The notes: generated by a model from the letters alone, not told the origin. A DNA stretch of 64,000 nt from Octopus vulgaris (GCA_951406725.2 OX597814.1:29078001-29142000); one strand, 5' to 3'; positions 16,657 through 29,246 are shown, counted from the stretch's first letter. Program-made: numbers and translations.

Positions 16657-17048
16657 CTAGCAGTATCGCCCGGCGTTGCTCGGGTTTGTAAGGGAAATAA
16701 CTATATAAGTATTTTTAGAGATGTAAAGTATAATATCCATCTCAATATGGCTAACCACAAAGGGGGAGTGTTACTGTAGCTTTTTACGTTCTGAGATTTA
16801 ATAATACATTTTTAGAGAGTTACTTCCCTTATATATGCCAAAAATGCATTAAAAATGGGAAAAATTGATGGTAAATTTTTTTTAAACCGTAGACTCATCG
16901 TAGACGCGCACTAATACCCAGAAGGGCTCGATATGAATCACGACTATAAGATACCCGGTTTTGGTTAAACTGCACCGCAAAATGTGGGAGTAGTTAGGAA
17001 TCTAAATCGTAGGAGACAGACACACAACCTTACTTTTATATATAAAGA
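16657..17048 (-). mobile_element. Non-autonomous Helitron H1 with a distinct internal segment
   Basis: Same termini as other H1 copies; extra segment near 16721-16810. Confidence 0.9.
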
Positions 17049-17233
17049 TATATGAATGTATGTATTAAGACGGTAGATTGTGATATGGGAGAGATTTAGC
17101 TGGTATTTCTAGCAGTTCAACCGATCAGGTAAAAGCACCTTTGTCGACTCGTTTATTGTTTAATACAGATACAAAAAGGAAACAGCACTGAAAGAGAGTG
17201 GCAGTAGTTTGTATCTGCAAAAAAAAATCTATA

Positions 17234-17660
17234 GGCGCAGGAGTGGCTGTGTGGTAAGTAGCTTGCTAACCAACCACATGGTTCCGGGTTCAGTCCCACT
17301 GCGTGGCATCTTGGGCAAGTGTCTTCTGCTATAGCCCCGGGCCGACCAATGCCTTGTGAGTGGATTTGGTAGACGGAAACTGAAAGAAGCCTGTCGTATA
17401 TATGTATATATATATATAAGTGTGTGTGTATGTGTTTGTGTGTCTGTGTTTGTCCCCCTAGCATTGCTTGACAACCGATGCTGGTGAGTTTACGTCCCCG
17501 TCACTTAGCGGTTCGGCAAAAGAGACCGATAGAATAAGTACTGGGCATACAAAGAATAAGTCCCGGGGTCGATTTGATCGACTAAAGGCGGTGCTCCAGC
17601 ATAGCCGCAGTCAAATGACTGAAACAAGTAAAAGAGTAAAAGAGTAAAGAGTAAAGAGTA
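17234..17660 (+). mobile_element. SINE family A
   Basis: Full head to (AGAGTAA)n tail. Confidence 0.92.
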
Positions 17661-17829
17661 CTTATTGGTATCAAAATAAAATGACAAGTGTGTATACCAT
17701 TATAGGTAAGTTTCTCTTGTTTCGGACAATGTTTTGTCTTCAAAGAAAAGAAATATTTTGGTGCATCCCTTTTGAATGTGAAACGAGACTACGTGCTGTA
17801 TCGCTAACAACGGATTATCATCTTGAGTA

Positions 17830-18310
17830 AGGCGGCGAGCTGGCAGAACCGTTAGCACGCCGGGCGAAATGCACAGCTGTATTTCGTCTGCCGTTACGTT
17901 CTGAGTTCAAATTCCGCCGAGGTCGACTTTGCCTTTCATCCTTTCGGGGTCGATAAATTAAGTACCAGTTACGCATTGGGGTCGATGTAATCGACTTAAT
18001 CCGTTTGTCTGTCCTTGTTTGTTCCCTCTATGTTTAGCCCCTTGTGGGTAATAAAGAAACATATATACTATGTGCGAGGCAGCGAGCTGGCAGAACCGTT
18101 AGCACGCCGGGCGAAATGCACAGCTGTATTTCGTCTGCCGTTACGTTCTGAGTTCAAATTCCGCCGAGGTCGACTTTGCCTTTCATCCTTTCGGGGTCGA
18201 TAAATTAAGTACCAGTTACGCATTTGGGTCGATGTAATCGACTTAATCCGTTTGTCTGTCCTTGTTTGTCCTCTCTGTGTTTAGCCCCTTGTGGGTAGTA
18301 AAGAAATAGG
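17830..18310 (+). mobile_element. SINE family B dimer
   Basis: Two near-full units with a short spacer; TSD ggattatcatcttgagt flanks both. Confidence 0.9.
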
Positions 18311-18841
18311 ATTATCATCTTGAGTGACTTTACGTTTTTTTTTTGCTGAACATATTTTCAAGAAAGAATGCATATTCATGAATATAACAAAACAGAAGGC
18401 TAATTAATATAGCTTGAAGCATTAAACAAATATAGAACGAAGGCCCACATTTTGTAAAACGAAAGCCTTCACTACAATATTAGAAGGAGGGAGCGTGCAT
18501 GGCGAAGGAATGAATTTGGCAAGATACCAATAATTGAAGTTTGTTACAAAAGGTGAATATTGTCAACCAGACGAATGGGTTATTAGTTGACGTTATTTCT
18601 TATAAATCAATACTGGAGAAATTTAGAAAATTGCACAGAATGTAATAATGATTTCTTACTTAGGCACAAGGCCAATTGTTGAATGGGAGACGTATATGCA
18701 ATTATATTAGCATTTTTATATTGCTGCAGTACACCGAATGGTAAAACCACCCAACCTGATATTCTAAAACTGATGCAGGGCACATAAAAATAAGATAAAA
18801 ATATTAGAAGAATACAAGTTATTCTTTATCAATGGATGGAT

Positions 18842-19181
18842 GGAAGCACTCCGTCGGTTACGACGACGAGGGTTCCAGTTGATCCGAATCAACGGAACAG
18901 CCTGCTCGTGAAATTAACGTGTAAGTGGCTGAGCACTCCACAGACACGTGTACCCTTAACGTAGTTCTCGGAGATATTCAGCGTGACACAGAGAGTGACA
19001 AGGCCGGCCCTTTGAATTACAGGTACAACAGAAACAGGAAGATAGAGTAAGAGAAAGTTGTGGTGAAAGAGCTTTTAGGTGTTTTCGCTCAATAAACACT
19101 CACAACGCCCGGTCTGGGAATCGAAACCGCGATCCTATGACCGCGAGTCCGCTGCCCTAACCACTGGGCCATTGCGCCTCC
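18842..19181 (-). mobile_element. SINE family C, internally deleted
   Basis: Matches family C; TSD ttctttatcaat. Confidence 0.9.
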
Positions 19182-19325
19182 ACCACTTCTTTATCAATAA
19201 TGCTGGTGTGGTAGAAGTGCTACAGTGCAGGGTGAGTTACTTTCCTTCTTTTATATTGAGTTCAACAATTTTTTTCCTTTTATCATTCCAGTTTCTATAA
19301 AATAAAGTACTACTCAAATACTAGC

Positions 19326-19651
19326 GAAGGTGCATGGCTCAGTGGTTAGAGCGTCGAGCTTACGATCGTGAGGTTGTGAGCTCGAATCCCAGACCGGGCT
19401 GCGTGTTGTGTTCTTGAGCAAGACACTTTATTTCACGTTGCTCAGCTGTAGAAATGAGTTGCGACATCACAGGTGCCAAGCTGCAACGGCCTTTGCCTTT
19501 CTCTTGGATAACACTGGTGGCGTGGAGAGGGAAGGCCGGTATGCATGGGCGATTGCTGGTCTTCCATAAACAACCTTGCTCGGACTTGTGCCTGGGAGGG
19601 TAACTTTCTAGGTGCAATCCCATGGTCTGTGTTGTGACCGAAGGGGGTCTC
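19326..19651 (+). mobile_element. tRNA-derived SINE family D
   Basis: A/B boxes tggctcagtgg and ctcgaatccc; tgtgttcttgagcaagacact; tail gtgaccgaagggggtc; TSD tactcaaatact. Confidence 0.9.
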
Positions 19652-19754
19652 AGATACTCAAATACTGAAGTCCATAAAAATCGGCTATATGCCTCCCTAA
19701 AAATACATGTTGCTTTGTGCTTATGCGAGAGAAATCATCACGTACTTAATCAAA

Positions 19755-19965
19755 GGAGAAGCTGGCAGAATCGTTAGTGCCTCGAACAAAGAGCTGCAAA
19801 GCATTTCTTCCGACTCTTTACATTCTGAGTTCAAATTCCGCCCTAGTTAATTTCGCCTTTTCTCCTTTCGGAGTCAATAAAATAAATTACCAGTCAAGTA
19901 CTGGAATCGATGTAATTGACTAGTATCTTCCTCATAAAATTATTGGCTTTGCGCCAAAACTGGAT
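19755..19965 (+). mobile_element. Old diverged B-related SINE
   Basis: gctggcagaatcgttag...ttctgagttcaaattccg...gccttttctcctttcgg. Confidence 0.7.
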
Positions 19966-20163
19966 AGAATTACAAAAGCCTTAATCTATGGTAGATACGG
20001 TGGTGTGTCAAACTAATTGTTTTAAGGCTTATACATCTCTTTTCTATTTATATTCTGAGGTCAAATCACTCCGCAGTCTGCATTACTTTTCATCCGTCTC
20101 GTGTCTATGAAATACACTAGGTGTGCACTATACCCGATTCAGCTAATAATACGTCTCCCTTAC

Positions 20164-20850
20164 ACGTTAGCACGCCGGGCGAATTGCTCTGCCGAGGTCG
20201 ACTTTGCCTTTTATCCTTTCGGGGTCGATAAATTAAGTACAAGTTACGCACTGGGGTCGATATAATCGACTTAATCCGTTTGTCTGTCCTTGTTTGTCCT
20301 CTCTGTGTTTAACCCCTTGTGGGTTATAAAGAAACAGGTATTTCGTCTGCAGCTACGTTCTGAGTTCAAACTCCGCCGAGGTCGACTTTGCCTTTCATCC
20401 TTTCGGGGTTGATTAAATAAGTACCAGTTACGCACTGTGTTTAGCCCCATGTGGGTAGTAAAGAAATAAGAAACGTTAGCACGCCGGGCGAAATGCGTAG
20501 CCGTATTTCGTCTCCCGCTACGTTCTGAGTTCAAATTCCGCCGAGGTCGACTTTGCCTTTCATCCTTTCGGGGTTGATTAAATAAGTACCAGTTACGCAC
20601 TGGGGTCGATATAATCGACTTAATCCGTTTGTCTGTCCTTGTTTGTCCTCTCTGTGTTTAACCCTTTGTGGGTAATAAAGAAACAGGTATTTCGTCTGCC
20701 GCTACGTTCTGAGTTCAAACTCCGCCGAGGTCGACTTTGCCTTTCATCCTTTCAAGGTGAATGAATTAAGTACCAGTTGCGTACAAAAGTCGACGTGATC
20801 GACTGGCCCCTCCTCCCCCAAAATTTCAGGCATTGTGCCTAGAGTAGAAA
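20164..20850 (+). mobile_element. SINE family B multimer (about four partial units)
   Basis: Repeated gccgaggtcgactttgcctttcatcc blocks joined at ggtatttcgtc and aagaaacgttagc. Confidence 0.88.
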
Positions 20851-21697
20851 ATATTTTTTTTCTTATGAAAAAAAAACAAAAAAAAACGAATGATTTCTTT
20901 TTTAAGAGTTAAAGAGTTTCAAATTCGAAAGAACTTATTGTTTGTCTTATCACTTTACAGCAGCAATTATCGTTGAATGCCTTCCAAACTTCATTCTTTC
21001 ACACCTGTTTCCAGATCCGCCTGCTTGAATATCGCATTCTATCTTCCTGTCTGCTTTATTATCATTTTGATATTATTTGTTACTTCTTCTGAAATCAAAC
21101 ATTTAATATTACATGCATAGAGAGTAAGAGAAAGCGAGAAGAATGCTAGAGAGAGATGGAGAGCGAGAGAAAAAAAACACAGAGGTTGGAGGTAAGAACG
21201 AAATAAGAAAGAAAGAAAGAGAGAAAGAAAGGGAAAGAGAAAAACAAACTGAGAATTAGCCTGCAACAGTTTTGGAACAACCACTCAACAAGCAATTCTC
21301 TCTGAAGAAGTGTCCACTCCAGATACTTCGAAGCTTCAACAAAAATATATATGAAAAAAACAAAAAACAAAACCAAATAACAATTACCTGCCTGCAGAGC
21401 AGCTTTTGGCGCATGCATTAAACAAGAAACATTCTAAAACAAGGAAGACACACACAAACACACACACACACGTGTATACAACCTTTTACTCATCCACGAC
21501 TCCATATTCCATACATTTTCATTTATTCCATCATTGGTTTACTGGTTTCAGTAGACTGCGGCAATTGCTCCAGCATCGGCTTCACAGGTTTCTAATTACA
21601 ACCTCTGTATTTATTTCGGTCTAGCGCTTATTTAATTCCTCTATATTTTGCCTATATATATACATATATATCATATTATAATATATTATATTATAGT

Positions 21698-22028
21698 GAA
21701 AGCGCATGGCTCAGTGGTTAGAGCGTCGAGCTTACGATCGTGAGGTTGTGAGCTCGAATTACGGACCAGGTTGCGTGTTATGTTCTTGAGCAAGACACTT
21801 TATTTCACGTTGCTCCAGTCAATTCAGCTGTAGAAATGAGTTGCGACGTCACAGGTGCCAAGCTGTATCTGCTGTTGCCTTTCCCTTGGATAACACTGGT
21901 GCCGTGGAGAGGGGAGGCCGGTATGCATGGGCGACTGCTGGTCTTCCATAAACCACCTTGCCCAGACTTGTGACTAGGAGGGTAACTTTCTAGTTGCAAT
22001 CCCATGGTCAGTGACCGGAGGGGGTCCC
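21698..22028 (+). mobile_element. SINE family D
   Basis: Matches 19326-19651. Confidence 0.9.
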
Positions 22029-22069
22029 GATATTATAATAATATATTATATATTTATATATATTATGAA

Positions 22070-22362
22070 CTCTCCCGTCATTATACGATATAGGAAGGTT
22101 CTGCAATTTCTTACTGAACAAGCACACAGATGATTAGTTTATTGTGAACAAATATTTGTGCCGCAGATAAGCTCGCTCACTCCATCAAATCGACATTACC
22201 TGTACAGGTGCACATGCCACATGTGGGATATTGAAATGATCGGCGAAAAACACAAACCGTAGTCATCTGCTCAAGAACACAACGCAATACCCATTGTCGG
22301 AATCGAAACCACGATCTCGCATTCGTGAGTGCAACACCCTAATCACTAAGCCATGTGCTTTC
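22070..22362 (-). mobile_element. Old diverged tRNA-SINE
   Basis: Minus-strand head gaaagcacatggcttagtg...tttcgattcc...tgtgttcttgagca. Confidence 0.65.
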
Positions 22363-22459
<97 letters not shown>

Positions 22460-23164
22460 CAAATTGAGATAGGGGTTGTAAATGCAACCCTCCATGGGAT
22501 AACATATATCCAATATACTGCCAGTGAAGTACCCAACAAAGTTAATAAATAAATGTTAAGAATTGCGATGCAATTATTTCATTTACTGTATTATATGGGC
22601 AAAGGTAAAGTGATTTACCACAAATTCATAATATAAAATAAGAAAATGGAGAAATACGTCGAAATCAAATATCAATTACCAGATAATACTCAATCACATA
22701 CTTTATTAAACCACCACATAAGAAACTATAAGGTTAGACATAATGATGTAGAACAAAACAGTGTACATAAAGACGTGTACATAAAAGAGTACTGTTATAC
22801 AATAAGTAGAATATGTATAAGAGAATGTAAATATAAGTACATATAAATATAAATATAGACTACATCTTACAGCTGTTTCGGCCATGCAGATAAGTATGAG
22901 ACATACTTATCTGCATGGCCGAAACAGCTGTAAGATATAGTCTATATTTATATTTATATGTACTTATATTTACATTCTCTTATACATATTCTACTTATTG
23001 TATAACAGTACTCTTTTATGTACACGTCTTTATGTACACTGTTTTGTTCTACATCATTCTGTCTAACCTTATAGTTTCTTATGTGGTGGTTTAATAAAGT
23101 ATGTGATTGAGTATTATCTGGTAATTGATATTTGATTTCGATGTATTTCTCCATTTTCTTATTT

Positions 23165-23165
<1 letters not shown>
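22460..23165 (-). mobile_element. Penelope-like fold-back element containing a 531-bp palindrome (arms 22635-22898 and 22902-23165)
   Basis: 264-bp arms with about 3 mismatches, 3-nt loop AGA, a hammerhead 3' half (GGCC GAAA CAGCT GTA) on each strand, and (TA)n on both sides. Confidence 0.75.
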
Positions 23166-23223
<58 letters not shown>

Positions 23224-23267
23224 ATATATAACACCTGTGATAGTCGAGGGATTACTATATATATACA

Positions 23268-23490
23268 CAGTAATCCCTCGACTATCGCGGGTGTTATGTT
23301 CCAAAACGCCCCGCGATTGGTGAAAATTTGCGAAGTAGAAACAGTTCTGTACTGTATCTTTTTTTTAATTATTTTTATAATTTGTATATATTTATTTTAT
23401 TATAAATGCAAAACAACACCGCAGAGGAATCGATGTAAGCTTAAATAATAAATTGCAATAGGTGAACCGCGATATGGCGAGGGATTACTG
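23268..23490. mobile_element. pogo/Tigger-type MITE
   Basis: TIRs cagtaatccctcgactatcgcgg and ccgcgatatggcgagggattactg, followed by TA. Confidence 0.8.
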
Positions 23491-23640
23491 TATAACGTAT
23501 TGTGTCGCGATAACAATTTCAACAAAAGAAAGTACTCCATCTGGTGAGAGATAAATGTAACTTATTTAAAGGACATAATACATGTCTATAATTGTTACAC
23601 CTTTGATGATGCTTGGTGGGTGGTTTCATTGTATGTAGAT

Positions 23641-24022
23641 GGAGGCGCAATGGCCTGGTGGTTAGGGCAGCGGACTCACGGTCATAGGATCGCGGTTTCG
23701 ATTCCCAGACCGGGCGTTGTGAGTGTTTATTGAGCGAAAACACCTAAAGCTCCACGCGGCTCCGGCAGGGGATGGTGGTGATCCCTGCTGTACTCTTTCA
23801 CCACAACTTTCTCTCACTCTTACTTCCTGTTTCTGTTGTACCTGTATTTCAAAGGGCCGGCCTTGTCACTCTCTGTGTCACGCTGAATATCCCCGGGAAC
23901 TACGTTAAGGGTACACGTGTCTGTGGAGTGTTCAACCACTTACACGTTAATTTCACGAGCAGGCTGTTCCGTTGATTCGGATCAACCGGAACCCTCGTCG
24001 TCGTAACCGACGGAGTGCTTCC
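23641..24022 (+). mobile_element. SINE family C
   Basis: Full length; degenerate TSD cattgtatgtagat / caatgtatgtggat. Confidence 0.92.
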
Positions 24023-24424
24023 AAATCCAATGTATGTGGATGAACAACGAGTTGTTCTTTGATTTACTAGAAGGAAGATTTGCATTATTCGCCACGCAGA
24101 TCTTAAATAAAAAGAACTAACTAATTTCGACTTGTCGGCACATCCAAGTACCTGATGTATTACAGACAACAACCGAAAATGTACACTGCTTACTCTGCTA
24201 AAAATTGTACTATGAATTTCAAACCTGCTGACGTGCATGGTCGATCGACTGAACGAAAGCGCGTATATGTTATACTTGATTATCTCATATAAATTAACTT
24301 GTATGAGATTATACATACCACCGACATAAAACTATATTGGGGAATTTCATCTTTTTATTCTGCAACAGAAAAGAAATCTATGTGTGGCACTTCTGATACA
24401 TCTTACATTCAGTCAGAGTTCAGT

Positions 24425-24658
24425 ACTCTCTTTTACTCTCTTTACCCTTTTTACTTGTTTCAACAATTTGACTGCGGCCATGCTGGAGTACCGCCTTTAG
24501 TCGAGCAAATCGACCCCAGGACTTATTCTTTGTAAGCCTAGTACTTATTCTATCGGTCTCATTTGCCGAACCGCTAAGTTACTGGGGCGTAATCACATCA
24601 CCATCGGTTGTCAAGCGATGTTGGGGATACAAACACAGACACACAAATGTACATGCAT

Positions 24659-24739
<81 letters not shown>

Positions 24740-24905
24740 TACTACAGGCTTCTTTCAGTTTCTGTCTACCAAATCTATTCACAAGGCTTTGGTTGGCCCG
24801 AGACTATAGTAGAAGACACTTGCCCAAGGTGCCACGCAGTGGGAATGAACCCGAAACCATGTGATTGGTAAGCAAGCTACTTACCACACATCCACTCCTG
24901 CTCCT
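24425..24905 (-). mobile_element. SINE family A
   Basis: Full-length reverse copy. Confidence 0.9.
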
Positions 24906-26335
24906 ATTATGTTTAAGTTTGTGATTATGTATGTGTGCAATATTGTAATAACATTGTCCGGTTAGACTCAGGGACATGAATAACTTGGTAAAGATAATCC
25001 GATAAATACTCACTTTCGGCTGCTAAAGCTTAAAATGTGTTAAGAGTATATGAATAACCTGCAAGATTTTGCTGAATGTGTAGTTTCTGCTACATATTAG
25101 GATTGAAGAGGGTAAAGAAATAGGAATATCGATCTGGTTTATGTGAGATGATCATTGTGAGATCAGGTAAGTCGTAATCAATAAGATACCAAGGCAAGTA
25201 TTCAATGAAATCTTGCAATTGACATTTCGGCTGTTTGCCAAGCCAAGATAGTTGAATCGAGCCAATAAGTAAGCCTCTATGCGGCTGCTCAACCTAATAG
25301 AAATAGCAGTGAAATCTCCTTCAAATCACACCCCATTATCTTTAAAACAAGGTAGGAACGTATTGTGTATTATACTTCTGTACACAATATATCAGAAAGA
25401 AAGAAAAAGATGGTCATGGGAAAAATGTCTCCGATCACAGGTCTGCTTGGCTGGTGTTGACCAAGGGTTATATAGCAACAACACATAACGACAATAACGA
25501 CTTGACTATGAAACGGCCGTAAAGCAACTCTTCATAATTGGAGCAATTCAACGAACAATTCAAATAAGCATCAGCAGTACGATAAAGCTAATGTAGCTTT
25601 CGTTAGCTCACTTTGTTGAGTATTTTTTGGTAAGGGACGGAACCCACACCAAGTTAACTTTACATTGCTACATTTCTATATGGTAGAGACGTATCTTCAA
25701 CCAGTAATAGGTCTCGTGAAATACAATCATCAAATTAGTCACATATATAACACATAAAGATTATTTGGCAGTGGATCAGTAATTATTGTTCAACTCTGAT
25801 TTGAGCAGATTAGTATTGATCCCACTATGACTATCCTATCTTTTTGTTTATCTTGGATTACATTGTCTGATGTGGCGATATTGTGTAACTTGGTGGGATT
25901 TGTTTGATATATTTAGCAAATCGAGAGACTGCGGGCTGGCTTTTTAGTTGGCTTGACAGGTCAATAATTAACAGTATTAAATATCTATGGTTCGTCTCGC
26001 AGAATAGGGGTTGTTATTGGGATATGTCGTCTAGAATGTGCGCAGAGCTAATGAATGCACCGTCTCTATGTACATTTCTCTAGTAAGAATCTATTTTAGC
26101 TTCGTAAAATTAATAATCTCTGTTGTTGCATAACCCAAGGTCAACCCTAATCAAGAAGATCTCTGTCCAGAGGTGTCCTAGCACTGACCACTCTATCTAA
26201 TTAGGGATGATAATTTCCAATTTGTCCTTCCCTTTTTAAAACAATCGACTCTGATTTGGGTGATTTTTAACTGCTAATACTAGGTGTTCGTAAGACAGCA
26301 TAGAAGTTCCGGCATTTTTCGTATTAATAATTAAT

Positions 26336-26756
26336 ACATTATTTACAATTGACGGATATTTGTCGTCATCTTGTTTGTTGTTAACACAACGTTTCGGTTG
26401 ATATACCCTCCAGCCTTGTCTTGGGGAAATTTCGAACCACGGGCATATGGTGTAATGGTTAAGAGCGCGGGCTACTAACCACAAGATTCCGAGTTCGATT
26501 CAAGGCAGTAACCTGAATAATAATAATAATAATGATAATAATAATAATAATAATAATAATAATTATAATAACATCGAAAAATACCTTAAGAATGAGAACT
26601 CAGGTTCGAAATTTCCCCAAGGTACCTGATGAAGGCTGGAGGGTATATCAGCCGAAACGTTGGGTTAACAACAAACAAAATGAGGACAAATATCTGTCAA
26701 TTGTAAATAATGTAAATAATGTACATAATTCCTCATCTCTTAAATATAGAACTGTA
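26336..26756 (+). mobile_element. Composite retroposon: inverted partial pLTR + tRNA-like head + (AAT)n + hammerhead-bearing pLTR tail
   Basis: 11-bp TSD taataattaat at 26325-26335 and 26757-26767. 26336-26438 is the reverse complement of about 26603-26713. A box tggtgtaatgg and B box gttcgattc lie in 26441-26515. Confidence 0.8.
26621..26666 (+). ncRNA. Minimal type-I hammerhead ribozyme (PLE type)
   Basis: ggtac CTGATGA a ggctg gagggtatat cagcc GAAA c GTT gggtt. Palindromic ACGT stem III. Stem I is degenerate here; the inverted copy preserves gac..gtgtt. Confidence 0.8.
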
Positions 26757-27004
26757 TAATAATTAATGATCGGTTAGGGATCTCTACGAAGTTAAAGGGA
26801 TTTTTCTAGGCTGAAGAATGTCTAAGGAATGTCGTTGTTTGGGATGCATATGCGTGTGTTAGCGAATAGAAGCGGATGCGATGAGAAGAGTATATTTTGT
26901 TGAGATAAATACAGTCTGGCTTTAGAGGTGGGGAGAAAAACTGTTTATCGCAATGAGAAAGACATTCAGAAACATACACGCACAAGACATTTTCAGCGCA
27001 CGAG

Positions 27005-27040
<36 letters not shown>

Positions 27041-27182
27041 TAGGAACACATACATGCACTGTGAGTGAGGTGTAAGATAAAGGAACAAGTCTATGTGTCT
27101 TGCCTGTATGGATTCATTTTCGTCTACGTTTGTAAATTAATTAAACTTGAATGCACTGATTGGTTGTAAACAGCAAACTCTT

Positions 27183-27215
<33 letters not shown>

Positions 27216-27409
27216 TTGTGTGTGTGCGTATACAAGGATCAACGATACAATTTTCAGCCTTTGATGAGATTTCAACAGTAACTGACTAACCTTCTCTAAC
27301 TGCCCAACATGATATAGCATGCGCAGACACTATTGTTAGGGCTTCATTAAACTGGATACGCCGATTTTAATAAATGACACAAATTCAAAAACGCACTTTT
27401 TCATTTTTT

Positions 27410-27700
27410 TTAAAGTCTTCTACGGTTAGGACAACGGCTTCTGTTCCTCTAACAAGTTGTGTATCGCCTCTACCTAAACCAACTCCATGAATTTTCTTCT
27501 CTTCCACCTCTTTTAAACTCTGCTCTGTCATACATTGCATTAGACAGTTCTTCCCTAATCATTCATCTCCAGAAATGCTTCCCTCTGGAATTAACTTTTC
27601 TGCGTGCACTGCTCCTACCGACAAAGGTTCGATGTGAACGTCATCGATCTTAGAAACTCTTCGATCATGAAAGGGTGTTACACTTTATCCTGCGCTCCGC
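27410..27700 (+). mobile_element. Highly decayed 3' end of a CR1/Jockey-group LINE
   Basis: Broken translation LKVFYG..NGFCSS ... RNASLWN*L ... QRFDVNVIDL resembles LINE ORF2 C-termini. Confidence 0.45.
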
Positions 27701-27814
27701 CACTTGATAGACATAAAGATACACACACACACATACACACACACACGAGCGCACACATATATATATATACATACATGCATGCATACATACATTACATACA
27801 TACAACAAAGTATT

Positions 27815-27967
27815 ATACTCTTTTACTCTTTACTCTTTTACTTGTTTCAGTCATGTGACTGTGGCCATGCTGGAGCACCGCTTTTAGTCGAGCAAGTCGA
27901 CCCCAGGACTTATTCTTTGTAAGCCTGGTACTTATTCTATCGGTCTCTTTTGCCGAACCGCTAAGTT
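27815..27967 (-). mobile_element. SINE family A, 3' fragment
   Basis: Tail match only. Confidence 0.85.
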
Positions 27968-28189
27968 ATATATATATATTTGATTGGAAAGCTAGCTATA
28001 AACTAGAACTACTCTCAAATAAAGGACCCAGATTGGATTAGACGATGAGAATAGAGAATAGCAGACATTTCCATCGCTACCTATCAAAGAATTTCTAACA
28101 ACTGGATCGGAAATTCTATGAATTTTCTGCCTACCCTAAAATAGCATTCCATATTTCAAAAAGTAGCCGTGTATTCAGCAATACTGGAT

Positions 28190-28570
28190 GGAAGCACTCC
28201 GTCGGTTACGACGACGAGGGGTTCCGGTTGATCCGATCAACGGAACAGCCTGCTCGTGAAATTAACGTGTAAGTGGCTGAGCACTCCACAGACACGTGTA
28301 CCCTTAACGTAGTTCTCGGGGATATTCAGCGTGACACAGAGAGTGACAAGGCCGGCCCTTTGAAATACAGGTACAACAGAAACAGGAAGTAAGAGTGAGA
28401 GAAAGTTGTGGTGAAAGAGTACAGCAGGGATCACCACCATCCCTGCCGGAGCCTCGTGGAGCTTTAGGTGTTTTCGCTCAATAAACACTCACAACGCCCG
28501 GTCTGGGAATCGAAACCACGATCCTACGACCGCGAGTTCGCTGCCCTAACCACTGGGCCATTGCGCCTCC
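28190..28570 (-). mobile_element. SINE family C
   Basis: Full length; TSD cagcaatact. Confidence 0.92.
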
Positions 28571-29246
28571 TCAACAGCAATACTAAGGATTCATAAACAA
28601 GAATCACTTCTCTTGCTTATGTATTTTTCGTCGTTTTGTATTCTTGAGCAAAACAGTTCATTTCACATTCCTTCACTGTACTCACTAACCCTGAGACAGA
28701 CTAACGTTCCATTCAGGTGGAATGCTGACCTGTCCGCGTCGCCAGTGGGGTGGCATCATTCGAAAGTTACAACAATCACAAAAAGAGCATTGTGACCAGC
28801 GGTGTATAACAACAACCAATAGTCTGGTGATCGTGTGACACAGTTATATAGATTTTCGCACTATTATCTTTTTTCTATTATCTTTTTTCCCAATCGGAAA
28901 TGGGAAATTATGCGTACGCTTCAAAATATAAAAATATAAATATTTGATTTATGCATTGAGCTTTATCTTTACTTGTAAACATAGCAGTTGTATATATATA
29001 TATGCATAGATTATGTGGTTAAGAAGTGCGCTTCGCAGTCATATGACTTGAGGTGCAACACGCTGGGTGAATGCCCCCAGTATAGCCGCAGTCCAATGAG
29101 TGAAGCAAGTAAAAGAATAAAGGAAAAGTATATGTATATGTATATACATATATATAGGGAAAGTTTACGAAAATAAACAAAAGACGAAGGCAGGTGGTGT
29201 ACAAACAAACAAATGTATTAGTATATCGCTCAGGAATAGAAAAAGT

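Noticed and set aside
22646-23304. Two near-identical ORFs (MEKY.EIKYQLPDN...) read as a duplicated gene
   Set aside because: They are the mirror arms of the palindrome in AT-rich pLTR-like sequence.
26441-26515. Genuine tRNA gene (likewise all SINE heads)
   Set aside because: A and B boxes are present, but there is no paired acceptor stem, and it sits in a TSD-flanked retroposon.
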